DNA of 64,000 bases from Verrucomicrobiota bacterium (GTDB taxonomy: Bacteria; Verrucomicrobiota; Verrucomicrobiia; Limisphaerales; AAA164-E04). The stretch is from assembly GCA_047947115.1 (NCBI GenBank), contig CP170459.1, positions 2,016,001-2,080,000 of the forward strand. Reading direction: 5' to 3'. A model generated the notes under the pieces. It did not search any database. It saw only the letters and a program-made list of their open reading frames with translations, and was not told where the DNA came from. A program made the translations under genes and the position numbers. Shown one piece after another: positions 52,624 through 63,692 of the stretch; positions within the stretch are counted from its first letter, which is position 1, and the number at the start of each line of letters is the position of its first letter.

Positions 52624-55158
52624 TTATTTTGATGAAAACTGTGGGCTGGTGACTATCATTCCAATTAAGGCCTGTAATGTGTCACCTTGTTGAAACATGG
52701 AATCAACCGTCAGTTGCAGGAATGCATCATCCGTCGGTTCAACCGGGCGGCCGAGTGCGTAGATCATCATTTTCTCAGCAAGGGCACGTCGAAATCTGTC
52801 GGCTTGTTCAAGCATGAGAGTCCGGAACGATTCAAACGAATCAAACGCTTCGCCATTGGGTAAGCGGCCACTGACGTCAATTTCAGGTCCACGTTCCCCG
52901 TGGAAATCCTCCCCGTCCTGCCGCGTGCGCCACTTGCCGATGGCGTTGAAGTTTTCCAAAGCCAATCCATAAGGATCCAGAGATCGATGACAACTGGCGC
53001 AGGTTTCGATTTCCTGATGTTGCATCAGGCGTTTGCGCACACTGAGACGTTCCCCTTTGATATTCGGTTCCACTTCACCTGCATTGGGGGGAGGCGGATC
53101 CGGTGGATCATTAAACAATACTTCCCTCACGTATACAGCCCGCGAAACCGGTTTGGTTCGAATCCCGTCGGCTCCGGCAAGATGAACCCCCATCATGCCG
53201 AGAATTCCGCCTCTTGGTGAAACTGCCGGCAGATCGACTTTTCGGAAGGCATCGCCCTTGATGTCAGGCAGGTCGTAGTGTTTCGCGAGTCGTTGGTTCA
53301 CCACGACAAAATCAGCATCCAAAAACTCCAGCACAGAAAGGCGCTCATTCAAGACTGTCCGGAAAAAAGCAAGAGCCTCTTCCACGGCATCATGTCCCAA
53401 CTTCGGACTTTACTGCCGGTAAATGTTCTTATCCGGTGCGAAGGCCAAAAAGGTCTCGGTTCGCAACCATTGCCGCGCAAATCCCTGAACAAAGCGTTCG
53501 ATCTTGGGATCTGCAAGCATGCGACCCACCTGCCGCAACAAAGTCTTCGGGTCATGTAATGCACCCGTTGAAGCCAATTCGAAGAGTTCCTCGTCAGGCA
53601 TGCTGTTCCACAGGAAATATGACAATCTGGAAACCAGTTCATAATCATCAACCGGACCACGATCGGAGTTTGTCGATGGTTTGGAAAGGTAAAGGAATTT
53701 GGGGGAAACCAAAGCGGCGCAAAGCCCGACCCGCATTGCCTCATACACGTTGGCACCACGGTCCAGTTCGGTTTGGATCACTTTGAGAACCGGATTTATT
53801 TCGGTGGAATCTACCGGCCTTCTCCAGGCTTTCGGTAAAAAATTCTTCAGAATACCACGGGCATGATCCAAATCCGAATCTCCCTGATACGAAGCATGAA
53901 ACAGGTCAGTGTGGCTCTTGGGTGGCCATTGATCGTAAAGTGGTCCTTCAACTTCCAGGTAATCCAAAAAGAGATGTGGATACTTGGATACATCCAGTTT
54001 CTCAGGATCGGGCGTGGAACGATCTCCTCCCCATCCTTCGGCAATTTTACGTCCTGCCAGCCGTATAGTCCCGGTGAAATCACCCGCTTCGCCCAGGTCC
54101 CGGTTCCTGCGCATAAAATGTTCACCCGGCCGCTGGCTCATGTAAAGATCCGTTTCGTTCTCCATGTGGACTTCAAGTTTTCCGCCCAGAGTGTCGCGTG
54201 AAACGACCACCGTATACGTTTTCGGTTGATCCCAAGCTGCGTCCACGTCCACTTCCATCAAGGTTTGCATGTCTTCATTGGGGTGTTTATGGGTCAGCAC
54301 CATTCTCGGCAACTCGCCGTCCGCACCTGGAACAGCCCCCGCTCGAATGGTGAATCGATAGAAACCATTGACCGGCGCCACGTTGTTATCTTGACGGCCG
54401 GGATATCGAAGCATGCCAAAGGATCGGGTGTTTCCTTGGATTAATTCCAAGCCACCCTTCACTGTATTCATGCCAAGCCGTGAAACGAGGTAACCAATCG
54501 CAACGCTGTCTTCGATTTCTTCGAACTCCAGACGCATGGTCTCGGTGGGGTATTCAGGTGGGCCTTCCACGATGGCGCGTTCCGCAATGCCGCGTGCGAC
54601 ACGGTAATAGAGCTCCAGTAGCGATGGATCCAGCAACAACGCCGCACCGACTTTGTCAAATCCGTCCGATGTGCCGTCTGGAGGCAAGGTGTCCAATGGA
54701 CTTTCTCCCGCAGCAAACTTCATGGATAACAAGTCCTCTATCGTGTGCGTGTATTCGTGGCGATTCATTCGGTGCAACGGCACCCGGTCCCCGACAGACT
54801 TGCTCTGTCGGGCCAATTGACGCAGTTCCGAGGCGATCCATTGGGTAACCAATGCAGAACGCTCAATATCCGGACGTGGTTCATTTTCCGGGGGCATTTC
54901 TCCCAGATGAATTAAATCGCGCACCTCCATCCACGTCGCCGCTGTCTTACGATCCGCGAAGTCTTCTCCCAACACATCCAGACGCAAATCTCCCTTCTGC
55001 TTGTCCGCACCATGGCACTCAACGCAATGCTCCTCCAAAAAAGGACGGATCACCGAGCGAAAAGAGTCAGACTTCGCTTCAGCGCGTCCCTCCATACACA
55101 TCACCCACAACAAGGCGAAGCCGGCTCTGAACAATCTTTGGTAGTCCGGTTTTTTCAC
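52624..55158 (-). pseudogene. DUF1592-family (PSD/PSCyt) diheme cytochrome-like protein interrupted by one in-frame TAA at 53410-53412
   Basis: The two track ORFs are in the same frame (…KNIYRQ*SPKLGHD…). CVECH, RMNRHEY, ELVSRLSYFLWNSMPD, RGGILG, PV.R, CASCH..LDP.G..LENF, YALGR. Confidence 0.87.
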
Positions 55159-55225
55159 GATGCAAACATTTCCAATGAAAAGTTGATAAGAACCGCAAAG
55201 GTCATCAAGCAACTGGATGCAATTG

Positions 55226-57706
55226 TTAACGCGAACGGAAGATTTCGCTCATCAGGCATTTCGTTACAAGGGTGCGCAGGCCATGTCCATCTGTCTGGAT
55301 TTTCTCTTGTATTTCGTCTATCTCAAATTGGTCTTCAATTTCCATGAAACGGCCTGTCGAGTATGCAAGCATTTGAGAAATCAAATGGCGTGTAAAAGGG
55401 TTGATGCGGTTTGTTTTCAGCACTTGTTTGAATGCGTTAAAACTCTGGAATGCTTCCCCGGAAGGCAAGGTGCCAGAGGCATCAATGGGCTGTGCCTCTC
55501 CTTTGGATTTCTTTTGATAAGTCTTCCGCCAGCGCCCCAGTGCATCAAAGTTTTCCAGGGGAAACCCCAGAGGATCCATTTTGCGGTGACATTCTGCGCA
55601 GGTTTTGGAGGCACGATGCTTCGCCAAACGTTCTCGAATGGTCGTTGTTCCACTGACATCCGGTTCAATGGCCGGAACTTCATCAGGGGGAGGAGGTGGT
55701 GGCGTGCCAAGGATGTTTTCGGCTACCCAGGCTCCACGTGTAACCGGAGAAGTGTCCACCCCGTTCGCGCTTACCATCAGCACGCCTGCCATGCCTAAAA
55801 CTCCACCCCTTTGTTCATTTTCCTGAAGCGAAATCCTTCGGAATCCGTCAGACAATCGAAGCGTTTCCTTTTCCGGAAGTCCGTACAGCTTCGAAAGTTT
55901 CTTGTCGACAAAGGTGTAATCCGCATCCAACAAATCTGCCACGGGACCGTTGTTTTTTAACAAGTGGTGAAAGAAAAGGTGTGCTTCCTTTTTCATGGAT
56001 GTTGGCAGATCTTCAGCGTAATAATCACGCGCGGACTGACGTGGAGGCGGTTGCGATCCCAATTTTCCCAGAACCAGCCAACTGTCGAGGAATCCTTCGA
56101 CAAATCGACCGGACCTTGAATCGTTCAATAATCTTTCGACTTGCTCCCGCAGCACCACATCCTGGGCCAGGCTTCCTTCCGCTGCCAGGTTCAGTAGAAT
56201 GGCGTCGGGAGGTGAGGACCACAGGGCATAAGATAAGCGGGAAGCGAGATCGTGGGGAGACAAGCGTGACACACCTTCAGGGGTGATTTCACTCAGATAC
56301 AAAAACGACGGAGAACACAGTATCAATTTGAGAGTGTCCAGGGCTGCTTGCCTGGCTGTGATTCCCTCCATCAAACCTTGTTCATAGGTTTTTGTAAGGT
56401 GTTCCACATCTTCCTCGGTCAATGGGCGGCGAAATGCTCGCTCCGCGAAGGCCAGGATCTGTTGCTTGGCGTGGGATTCCTTGAACCCTCCCATTCCAAA
56501 GACGCTTTGTTCCTCGAGACTTCCGTCGGGTTCCTTCATGGGCCCATGAATTGAAATCTCGGAAATTCGTATGTGCGGTAGTTTTCCTTTCGTCAAAAGA
56601 TCGGCGCGATTCACATCGGCACTGGTTTCGCGTCCCAGTTCTTCTTTGTAACGTTTGTTCAATTGAATGACCGAAGCCCGTGATTCGTAGGCTCCGTTTG
56701 GGAAAATAAACCTCGGCGTCTGCCCGGTTTCAAGCCACACCCGAAACGTGATCCAGTCTGGAGCTTTATCCGCCACTTCCACCGGTTCCGCGAGCAGGGG
56801 TTCCACCCCTTGCGGGTAATGAATATGGCCTTTCCTCACATCACCCGGAACTACGGCCAGAAGAAACGGTTCAGAAAAATCCATTCTAAGAATACTCGGA
56901 TCGTAATGGGTGTCCCGATGCATCGCTTGTGCGAGCACTTTGATTTCATAAAGACCGGATACGGGAACCCCTTCGAGAAAGTCCTCAATGTGGCCATATC
57001 CTCCCTGGCGGGTATCGGTGTTGGGTTGTTCGTACAGGCACAGGTAACGATAGTCAAATGCCGCTCGATGTGCCCCACTCAATTCCTCGTATTGCTTGAA
57101 ATGACCATCAAAATGCCAATCCCGCGGCTCGATGTCGGGTTTGTTCAACCTCAATTCGACCAATCGATCGGCAGCCAGAAAGTATTGATCCAGCAGGAAA
57201 CCGGATGTGATCTGGGATTGCCCAATCGTGTCGATATGGTGACTGGGGTTTTCTTTTGGAAAACCTTCTGTCAGCCCCAAAGTGTCGATCCGTCTGCCGA
57301 ACAACGTTTCCAGTGTGGTTTCGTACTCACGCGTTGAAAGTCGACGCATGATGGTTCGTCCGCCGGTGCTTCGAAAAAGTGTTCGCGCTTTTTGTCTTTC
57401 CTGACGCAGGTTCCTGATGAGTTCCAGGCGTTCTTCGTCGGAAGGTTGATCTGCTTTGGCGGGTGGCATTTCCTTCAAAGTCACCTGATCGATGATTTCC
57501 TTTGCCGTGATGAGGTCTGATTCTGTTTTTATCGGAAGTTGGAAGGTTTCAAATTCACGATCTCCTTTTTCCATCGAGGTGTCATGGCATTCAAAACAAT
57601 ATTGTTCCAGAAAACTGCGAACGTCCTTGGCCTGGAGGTGTTGAACGTAACCAACAAAGCAAAAGACGAGGGCAATAATGCGGCAAAGAGCAGAGGCCTT
57701 CAACAT
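55226..57706 (-). CDS. DUF1592-family (PSD/PSCyt) diheme cytochrome-like protein
   Basis: Signal peptide; CFECH, RRLS.REY, FAERAFRRP, LASRLSY.LWSSPPD, RGGVLG, SPVTRGAWV, CAECH.KMDPLGF.LENFD. Confidence 0.92.
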   Translation of the reverse strand: MLKASALCRIIALVFCFVGYVQHLQAKDVRSFLEQYCFECHDTSMEKGDREFETFQLPIKTESDLITAKEIIDQVTLKEMPPAKADQPSDEERLELIRNLRQERQKARTLFRSTGGRTIMRRLSTREYETTLETLFGRRIDTLGLTEGFPKENPSHHIDTIGQSQITSGFLLDQYFLAADRLVELRLNKPDIEPRDWHFDGHFKQYEELSGAHRAAFDYRYLCLYEQPNTDTRQGGYGHIEDFLEGVPVSGLYEIKVLAQAMHRDTHYDPSILRMDFSEPFLLAVVPGDVRKGHIHYPQGVEPLLAEPVEVADKAPDWITFRVWLETGQTPRFIFPNGAYESRASVIQLNKRYKEELGRETSADVNRADLLTKGKLPHIRISEISIHGPMKEPDGSLEEQSVFGMGGFKESHAKQQILAFAERAFRRPLTEEDVEHLTKTYEQGLMEGITARQAALDTLKLILCSPSFLYLSEITPEGVSRLSPHDLASRLSYALWSSPPDAILLNLAAEGSLAQDVVLREQVERLLNDSRSGRFVEGFLDSWLVLGKLGSQPPPRQSARDYYAEDLPTSMKKEAHLFFHHLLKNNGPVADLLDADYTFVDKKLSKLYGLPEKETLRLSDGFRRISLQENEQRGGVLGMAGVLMVSANGVDTSPVTRGAWVAENILGTPPPPPPDEVPAIEPDVSGTTTIRERLAKHRASKTCAECHRKMDPLGFPLENFDALGRWRKTYQKKSKGEAQPIDASGTLPSGEAFQSFNAFKQVLKTNRINPFTRHLISQMLAYSTGRFMEIEDQFEIDEIQEKIQTDGHGLRTLVTKCLMSEIFRSR

Positions 57707-57715
57707 GGCATTCCA

Positions 57716-58999
57716 TCAAGAAAAGGTTCCGGTACTGGTGCCAAAGGAATCGACTTCCATTCCCATCTTCTGAGCAATGTCGAGGTAAAGATTGCAAAGT
57801 GGCAGTTTGTCACCTCTCTCTTCTGTCACATTACGGAAAGATCCATGATGGTATCCCCCTCCGGCGAGAATGATGGGCAGGTCGGTGTTCTTATGTGAAT
57901 TTCCATCGCCCATGCCACTGCCAAACAGGACCGTTGTTGAATCCAGCAGGGAACCTTCCCCGCATTGCTTGTTGGCCAATTGGGTCAGGAAGTGGCCAAA
58001 GTGCTTTATTTGATAACGTTCCAGTTTAATCAGATTTGCGATCGTTTCCTCGTCATTGCCATGATGAGACATGCTGTGATATCCACGATCGATGCCCAGG
58101 TGCTGCGGCAGGAAACTTCCCCCGATTTCAAGAGTCGCCACCCGGGTGGAATCGGTTTGCAGGGCAAGTGCGATCAACTCATATAGCAAAGGTAAATCAT
58201 CGACAGTGTTTTTATTGTCTGGTCGGTCGAATGGAGCTTCCGGCTTGGGGTGTGCCGTCCACCTTTCGCGTAATTCCAAACGTTTTTCCACATCACGCAA
58301 AGAAGTGAAATACTCGTCCAATTTCTCCCGATCTTCTTGATTCACTTTGGTCGACAGTCTTTTTGCTTGCTCCCGGACCGCATCGAGAATGGAGCCCTGA
58401 ATTTGGTTCTGACGTCGTTTTTGGATCTGGGTTTCCTTTGAATCGGAAATAAAAATCTTTTCAAACAATTCGGCAGGCCCGGTGATTGGAGGCACACGCA
58501 CACCCGACCGTGTCCAGGCAATCTGGCATCCCCCATGAATGCCGCCCTCTGAGCCGACGGTCAATGACGGAAAACGCGTCTGCATTCCCAGGGAGTCGGC
58601 AATGAACTGGTCGATGGTGACATTTCCATCCGGCATGTCCTTGGCCTCGTGGTGGAGCACTCCTGACAGAAAGGTGTGCACCGCAAAATGCCCGCCTTTC
58701 AGTCCATGATCGAGCCCCCTGTAAACAGTGAACTGTGATCGGTTCGATTCCAGAGGCTCCAGTAAAGGGGTGGATGGGTATGCTTCTCCGGTTGAATCCG
58801 GGAAAAAACTTTCCCTCTGAAAACCAAGCAAATTGCCAATCGCAACAAAACGACGAGCGCCTTCTCCCGCGCCTTTGAATGTCTGGACGGCCTCACCATT
58901 TCCTATAGAACTGGCTGTCAACGAGGGGAGGCAAGGCAGGGATAAAGAAGCCCCCAAGGAGTTCAACACGAAGCGGCGACGAGACATTTTTGAATTCAT
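57716..58999 (-). CDS. DUF1552 family protein
   Basis: SRRRFVL...GASLSLPCLPS, TIDQ.IA....QTRFPSL, SILDAV, LALQTDSTRV, YHSMSHH, LLDST.VLFGSGMGDGNSH...LP..LAGG. Confidence 0.9.
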   Translation of the reverse strand: MNSKMSRRRFVLNSLGASLSLPCLPSLTASSIGNGEAVQTFKGAGEGARRFVAIGNLLGFQRESFFPDSTGEAYPSTPLLEPLESNRSQFTVYRGLDHGLKGGHFAVHTFLSGVLHHEAKDMPDGNVTIDQFIADSLGMQTRFPSLTVGSEGGIHGGCQIAWTRSGVRVPPITGPAELFEKIFISDSKETQIQKRRQNQIQGSILDAVREQAKRLSTKVNQEDREKLDEYFTSLRDVEKRLELRERWTAHPKPEAPFDRPDNKNTVDDLPLLYELIALALQTDSTRVATLEIGGSFLPQHLGIDRGYHSMSHHGNDEETIANLIKLERYQIKHFGHFLTQLANKQCGEGSLLDSTTVLFGSGMGDGNSHKNTDLPIILAGGGYHHGSFRNVTEERGDKLPLCNLYLDIAQKMGMEVDSFGTSTGTFS

Positions 59000-59233
59000 A
59001 AGGATGGGTGCGTTGGGTTCACTCAAAATCAAATGGTTTGTTCAGACCCGGCATCATACAGGAATGGTTTTCGTTTCAGGATTCAATGGATCAAAACTGC
59101 ATGAATCCTTCGTTTTTTGCAAGTAAGTTTGGTTCAGTGAACTTGTTGAAGCCAAAGGAAACTTCACAGATCGTCGAAACGCTTGTTCATCCCCAAAAGG
59201 ACATCCGGTTCCACTTGATCGCGCAACTCTGCC

Positions 59234-62086
59234 TTGGGATGGCCCGGGGCTGACCTTCATGTCACGGAATGCGTTGGAGAACGAGGTGAGGGAGGTTTTG
59301 ACTTTTTTGCGAACCCTACTCCCGGAGGTCCGAACGACACCGCGCACGGTCTGCCGGTTTTGGAGCGGGTTGAATTCTTTCCTCCCAGCCGGACCTTTAC
59401 CGGTTCGCTTGAGTTATCCCTTTCTGGTGGTGTCGAAGGCGACGTGATTCGCTATACAACGAACGGTCAGATCCCGACTGAATCGTCCACGAGGTATAAC
59501 GGCAGCCCGATCATGCTGACCCGTAGCACACAGGTGCGTGCGAGACTATTTCGTACCCTGCGCGCAGCTGGCCCGGTGAGTTCAGGCGCTTGGACATCCA
59601 TTGATTCCAGCCTGCAAAACTTTACCTCGAACCTGCCTTTGATTGTTTTGGATAACTTCGACAGAGGCTCCGTCACCAGCGGCCCCGATCCGGAACCAGG
59701 CTACTTCACGCTATTGCAACCAATCGAAGAAGGCATCACTCAATTGGTTGGTGCGCCCCAGGACGCGCATCGTATGGGATTCAAACGTCGTGGCGCCAGT
59801 ACGTTAAACGATGCCAAAGGAAACTACCGGATTGAATTCCGGCAGCAGGACAGTGAGGAAGATCAAAACGTCAATTTGCTGGGGCTTTCAAAACATCCGG
59901 AATGGATTCTGTTTGCTCCATACCGTTTTGATCGTTCCCTCGTTCGAATCCCTTTCATTCATCAACTCAGCAACAACATTGGTGAATACGCTCCACGATC
60001 TGTTCCTGTGGAGGTTTTTCTCAGCACCAGTGGCGGTCGGGTCAGTGAAAGCGATTATCAGGGAGTTTACGTGCTCCAGGAACGGATTTCGCGGGATAAG
60101 GACCGGGTAGACATCTCCCGACTCGGACCCGAAGATACCGAAGAACCGGATGTCACCGGCGGATACATTCTGAGCATTGACCGTCGCGATCCCGGAGACA
60201 ATGGTTTCCGCTCAAGCCTGGGACATCCAGAAGATCCCGCCATTGCCGGTCCCCAACCCTGGTTCAACTTTGTCTATCCCAAGGAATCCAACATCCTTCC
60301 GGAGCAGCGTGACTATATCATGGGATACATCGACGAAATGGAATCCGCACTCTACTCCCCCAACTTCAAAGATCCAATGGAGGGTTATGCCAATTGGATC
60401 GATGTGGATTCCTTCATTGGGCATCACCTCCTGGTTACCTTCACCAAAGATCCCGATGCGCTGCGCCTCAGCACATACATGAATAAACCGCGGAATGAGA
60501 AGCTGCGAATGGGGCCGATCTGGGATTTCGACCGAACCATGGGGAATGACGCGGACGGTCGCTCCGGGAACCCGGAAGGGTGGGATCCCCCGTTTGAGAC
60601 GGCTCAGTTTTTCCTATACGATTGGTGGGGGCAGCTCTTTAAGGATCCAAATTTTTTCCAGGCTTGGATTGATCGCTGGCAAGCATTGCGCGAAAGTGAG
60701 ATGAGCGACACAAAGCTCACGGAACTGGTGAGCCACTTCGCCGTGCAGGTCGAAGCCACGCAGGAACGTAACTTTGTTCGTTGGCCCGAGGTTTCCCCAA
60801 ACGGCGGAGAATTTTCAAATCTGCCCGGATGGGAAGGGGAAGTGGATCATTTGAAACAGTGGCTGGTCCGGCGAGCGGCTTGGATTGACAGTCAGTTTCC
60901 CTCAAAACCGACATTCAGCCAGGCGGGTGGTTCATTCACGCCGGGCACCTTGCTTTCTATTTTTTCGACGGGGAACGATGTATACTACACGACAGACGAT
61001 ACGGACCCCAGAGCATCGGGAGGTTCCCCATCCAATACGGCAATCAAACAAACGTCTCCTGAATCAGCCTTCGAACTGAACCGGTCGGTTGTCATTACAG
61101 CTCGAGCCTTCAACGGAACCGACTGGAGCAGCCCGGTTCGCAGAGTCTTCGTCACGGGGGCAACGCCCTCCAAAGCAAACCTTGTCATCAGTGAACTCCA
61201 TTATCACCCATTGGACCCAACAGCGACCGAGATCGCCGATGGCTGCACGGATGCCGATATGTTCGAATTCATTGAGTTGACAAATATTGGCAATGAATCG
61301 CTTGATTTATCCGGCGTTCACTTCAGCGATGGCTTGGAGTTCGAGTTTGCACCGCAAGGATTGGGGGCCCCTGAGATGGCTCCTGGAGATTCTTTGGTGC
61401 TGGTAAAGAACCTGGAAGCATTCGAATCGAGGTATCATCAAAGCTTGGCGCGAATCCAAATAGGCGGAGTTTACAATCTGAACTTAAGTAATGGGGGAGA
61501 GCTGATTCAACTGCTCGATGCAAATGGAAATGAGATCCAAAGTTTCGCCTACGGAGATTCATCGCCCTGGCCCGACACCCCTGATGGTACCGGGCCAAGC
61601 CTGGTCTTAAGCGACGTCTGGACCAATCCTGATCCCTCCCTGCCGGAAAACTGGAAACCAAGTTTCAACTTCGGAGGCACTCCTGGTACGATCGAAACAG
61701 GAACAGGCGGTTTCACCGGAGATCCTTTCGCAGATACCGACGGCAACGGGTTTGCCGACCTTTTTGATTATGCCTTCGGCAGCTCTTCAAATCCCGGCCA
61801 ATTGACCTTGCCGACAGCTTTGATCGTTCGCATTCCTGACGAGATCGAAAACGCTGAATACTTTGCGATTCAATATCACCGGAATCCTGACGCAACAGAC
61901 CTGGGCTTCTCACTGGAAGGATCATCCGACATGCTCTCCTGGAACAGTGTTGATGAAGATTTTCAGCATATTGAATCCACGATCCAACCGGACAATACTA
62001 TTCGAGAAACATATCGCGCCCACACGCCCATTCTGCACGACGATCGCATGTTTATAAGAGTTGCCATCCACCTGAATCAGCCTTGA
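59234..62086 (+). CDS. CotH-kinase-family protein with Fn3-like and lamin-tail domains; N-terminus appears truncated
   Basis: Recognisable sequence begins at FFANPTPGGPN (typical LTD end); IRYTTNG..P, KRRGAST, Y.GVYVL.ERI, MGPIWDFD, LVISELHYHP...EFIEL.N; no signal peptide. Confidence 0.82.
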   Translation: MGWPGADLHVTECVGERGEGGFDFFANPTPGGPNDTAHGLPVLERVEFFPPSRTFTGSLELSLSGGVEGDVIRYTTNGQIPTESSTRYNGSPIMLTRSTQVRARLFRTLRAAGPVSSGAWTSIDSSLQNFTSNLPLIVLDNFDRGSVTSGPDPEPGYFTLLQPIEEGITQLVGAPQDAHRMGFKRRGASTLNDAKGNYRIEFRQQDSEEDQNVNLLGLSKHPEWILFAPYRFDRSLVRIPFIHQLSNNIGEYAPRSVPVEVFLSTSGGRVSESDYQGVYVLQERISRDKDRVDISRLGPEDTEEPDVTGGYILSIDRRDPGDNGFRSSLGHPEDPAIAGPQPWFNFVYPKESNILPEQRDYIMGYIDEMESALYSPNFKDPMEGYANWIDVDSFIGHHLLVTFTKDPDALRLSTYMNKPRNEKLRMGPIWDFDRTMGNDADGRSGNPEGWDPPFETAQFFLYDWWGQLFKDPNFFQAWIDRWQALRESEMSDTKLTELVSHFAVQVEATQERNFVRWPEVSPNGGEFSNLPGWEGEVDHLKQWLVRRAAWIDSQFPSKPTFSQAGGSFTPGTLLSIFSTGNDVYYTTDDTDPRASGGSPSNTAIKQTSPESAFELNRSVVITARAFNGTDWSSPVRRVFVTGATPSKANLVISELHYHPLDPTATEIADGCTDADMFEFIELTNIGNESLDLSGVHFSDGLEFEFAPQGLGAPEMAPGDSLVLVKNLEAFESRYHQSLARIQIGGVYNLNLSNGGELIQLLDANGNEIQSFAYGDSSPWPDTPDGTGPSLVLSDVWTNPDPSLPENWKPSFNFGGTPGTIETGTGGFTGDPFADTDGNGFADLFDYAFGSSSNPGQLTLPTALIVRIPDEIENAEYFAIQYHRNPDATDLGFSLEGSSDMLSWNSVDEDFQHIESTIQPDNTIRETYRAHTPILHDDRMFIRVAIHLNQP

Positions 62087-62161
62087 ACTGCGTCACACAT
62101 GACGTTATGATCCTGCGGTCGGGAATAGGTGATTTACTGGGGGAATCGTGGCTAGTACGTA

Positions 62162-62635
62162 TTATTCATCCTTTTGCACAATACCTACCGTTGCAACTTC
62201 CAGTGTAATGACTTGATCACGCTTCTGAGTTGTGATTTTGAAGGCAACTTCTTTTGCGCCGTCGATGTTCTCCAAGTCCATATACGCTGGAACATTGCTT
62301 AATGACTTACCTGTCCTTGAAGTGTAGGTAATGTAACGCCTTATAGTACATGCTTTGCAGTGGATGGTTTGCCCACACCCTCCTGGTAGTTGATGATTTT
62401 CGCATGAAAAGACTTCTCCTCCCAATTTTCCCTGCATTGATTGCCTATCCGCTCCCAAAAAATTTTCAGCGGATCGATTTGCAGAAATGACTCTTGCATT
62501 TCCATCAACGACAAAGACGGGAGTCTGTATGGAGTCAATAAACTCCTGCATGGGCTGCCCGGATCCTGCCATGAGTCTGCCCAAACATTGCTTGCATATA
62601 CCATGGCTTACTTTTTGTTCCTGTGTGCATTCAGA
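62162..62635 (-). pseudogene. PAS-domain protein, 5' end cut by the ISL3 fragment
   Basis: VSHGICKQC...FIDSIQTPVFVVD...ISANRSA...GGEVFSC...GGCG....CKACTIR. The frame continues upstream of the track start into IS sequence. Junction approximate. Confidence 0.7.
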
Positions 62636-63037
62636 GCTAGAGGAATTGGATTTGAAGAATTTAGCAACCGGAATCGCCTACCAGATGCGATTGAATTTCC
62701 AACAAGTCTATCGCAGTCGCAATGAGGTTACAGCGCGAAAAAACATGGTCAAATGGATAGGATGGGTAAAACGAAGGGCGAAAAAATCAGGGGATATGTT
62801 GGAACCAATGGTCAAGGTGGCAAACAGTATTGAACGTCACTTGGAAGGTATACTTGCTCATTGGAAAAAGAAACTGACCACAGCGTTCATGGAAGGATTG
62901 AATAGCGTTTTCAGCGCGGTCAAGCGGAAAGCCAGGGGCTTTCGCTCATCCGTATACATGACCACCATGCTTTACTTTGTAGCCGGTAAACTCAGAATCC
63001 CAGCTTAAGTTAATTCCACTGGAATTATCGAAGAACC
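62635..63037 (+). mobile_element. ISL3-family remnant: transposase C-terminus and right end
   Basis: AYQMRL..Q.VY...PMVKVA.SI..H.EGIL...TTAFMEGLNS....KRKARGFR.....TMLY...GKL; ends ...CGAAGAACC (reverse complement GGTTCTT, ISL3-type terminus). Confidence 0.88.
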
Positions 63038-63279
63038 TTAAATTTGTTCACCAACTCCAGTCGGATGGCTTCCAGAGTTGAAGAAATGTGCGCAAGGGCT
63101 TCGTTTCGATCCATCGTGTGATTGGCGCATACAACATCGAGATCGATAGAAAGGCGTAGCATGTTTCGAACAAACAGGTTGATTGCCGTGCCACCTTTCA
63201 AAATGAAGTGGGGATGTTTGAAAACGACTGGTGCCACTTCCAGAAGCAGGCGTGCCGCGTTGTGATAGTTCTCATTCAT
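63038..63279 (-). pseudogene. abiEii: AbiEii/AbiGii nucleotidyltransferase toxin, N-terminal fragment
   Basis: FILKGGTAINLFVRNM.RLSIDLD; truncated at the ISL3 end after ~80 codons; start overlaps the antitoxin stop (TGATG). Confidence 0.85.
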
Positions 63280-63692
63280 CAGGGATTCAGAATAAGAGTC
63301 CGGCCATCTTTGAGACGTTTTACCCAACGACTGTTGCCATTTTTGCTTCCAACTGCTTGTCGTGCGGCTTCTGCCCAAGGCAGACTGAGTTCCTCAGCCC
63401 AGATCACGCACAAGCGGACTGCCTTAATCATTCGGCAATGCTTGATCAAGGTCGAGAGCTGCTTGGTTCTCAGTTGGCGAACCGATTCCATGATGTTGCG
63501 AGTTTCTTCAAGGGATTCATGAGTGTCCAGTTCGCTGAGCATTTCCAGCAGAGCACGTTCCGGGGTTGATACCGTGGGGCCATTTGGAGAATTGTGCAAT
63601 GGAGACAAACAGAAGCCGGCAGGTAAATGATCGTCGAACAACTTGGATGATGTATATCGAGCTTGAAAACGGTCGGTAAACCACGACGGGAG
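63279..63692 (-). pseudogene. abiEi: AbiEi type IV antitoxin, C-terminal fragment
   Basis: LPSWFTDRF.ARY....LFD...VSTPERALLEML....EETRNIME.V..LR...L..L..HC..IKAVRL; N-terminal part replaced by IS21 sequence. Confidence 0.8.

Noticed and set aside
51258..53412. Stop-codon reassignment or selenocysteine to explain in-frame stops
   Set aside because: The stops differ (TGA, TAA), both codons end intact genes in this window (glnII TGA, thyA TAA), and the TGA lies in a signal peptide.
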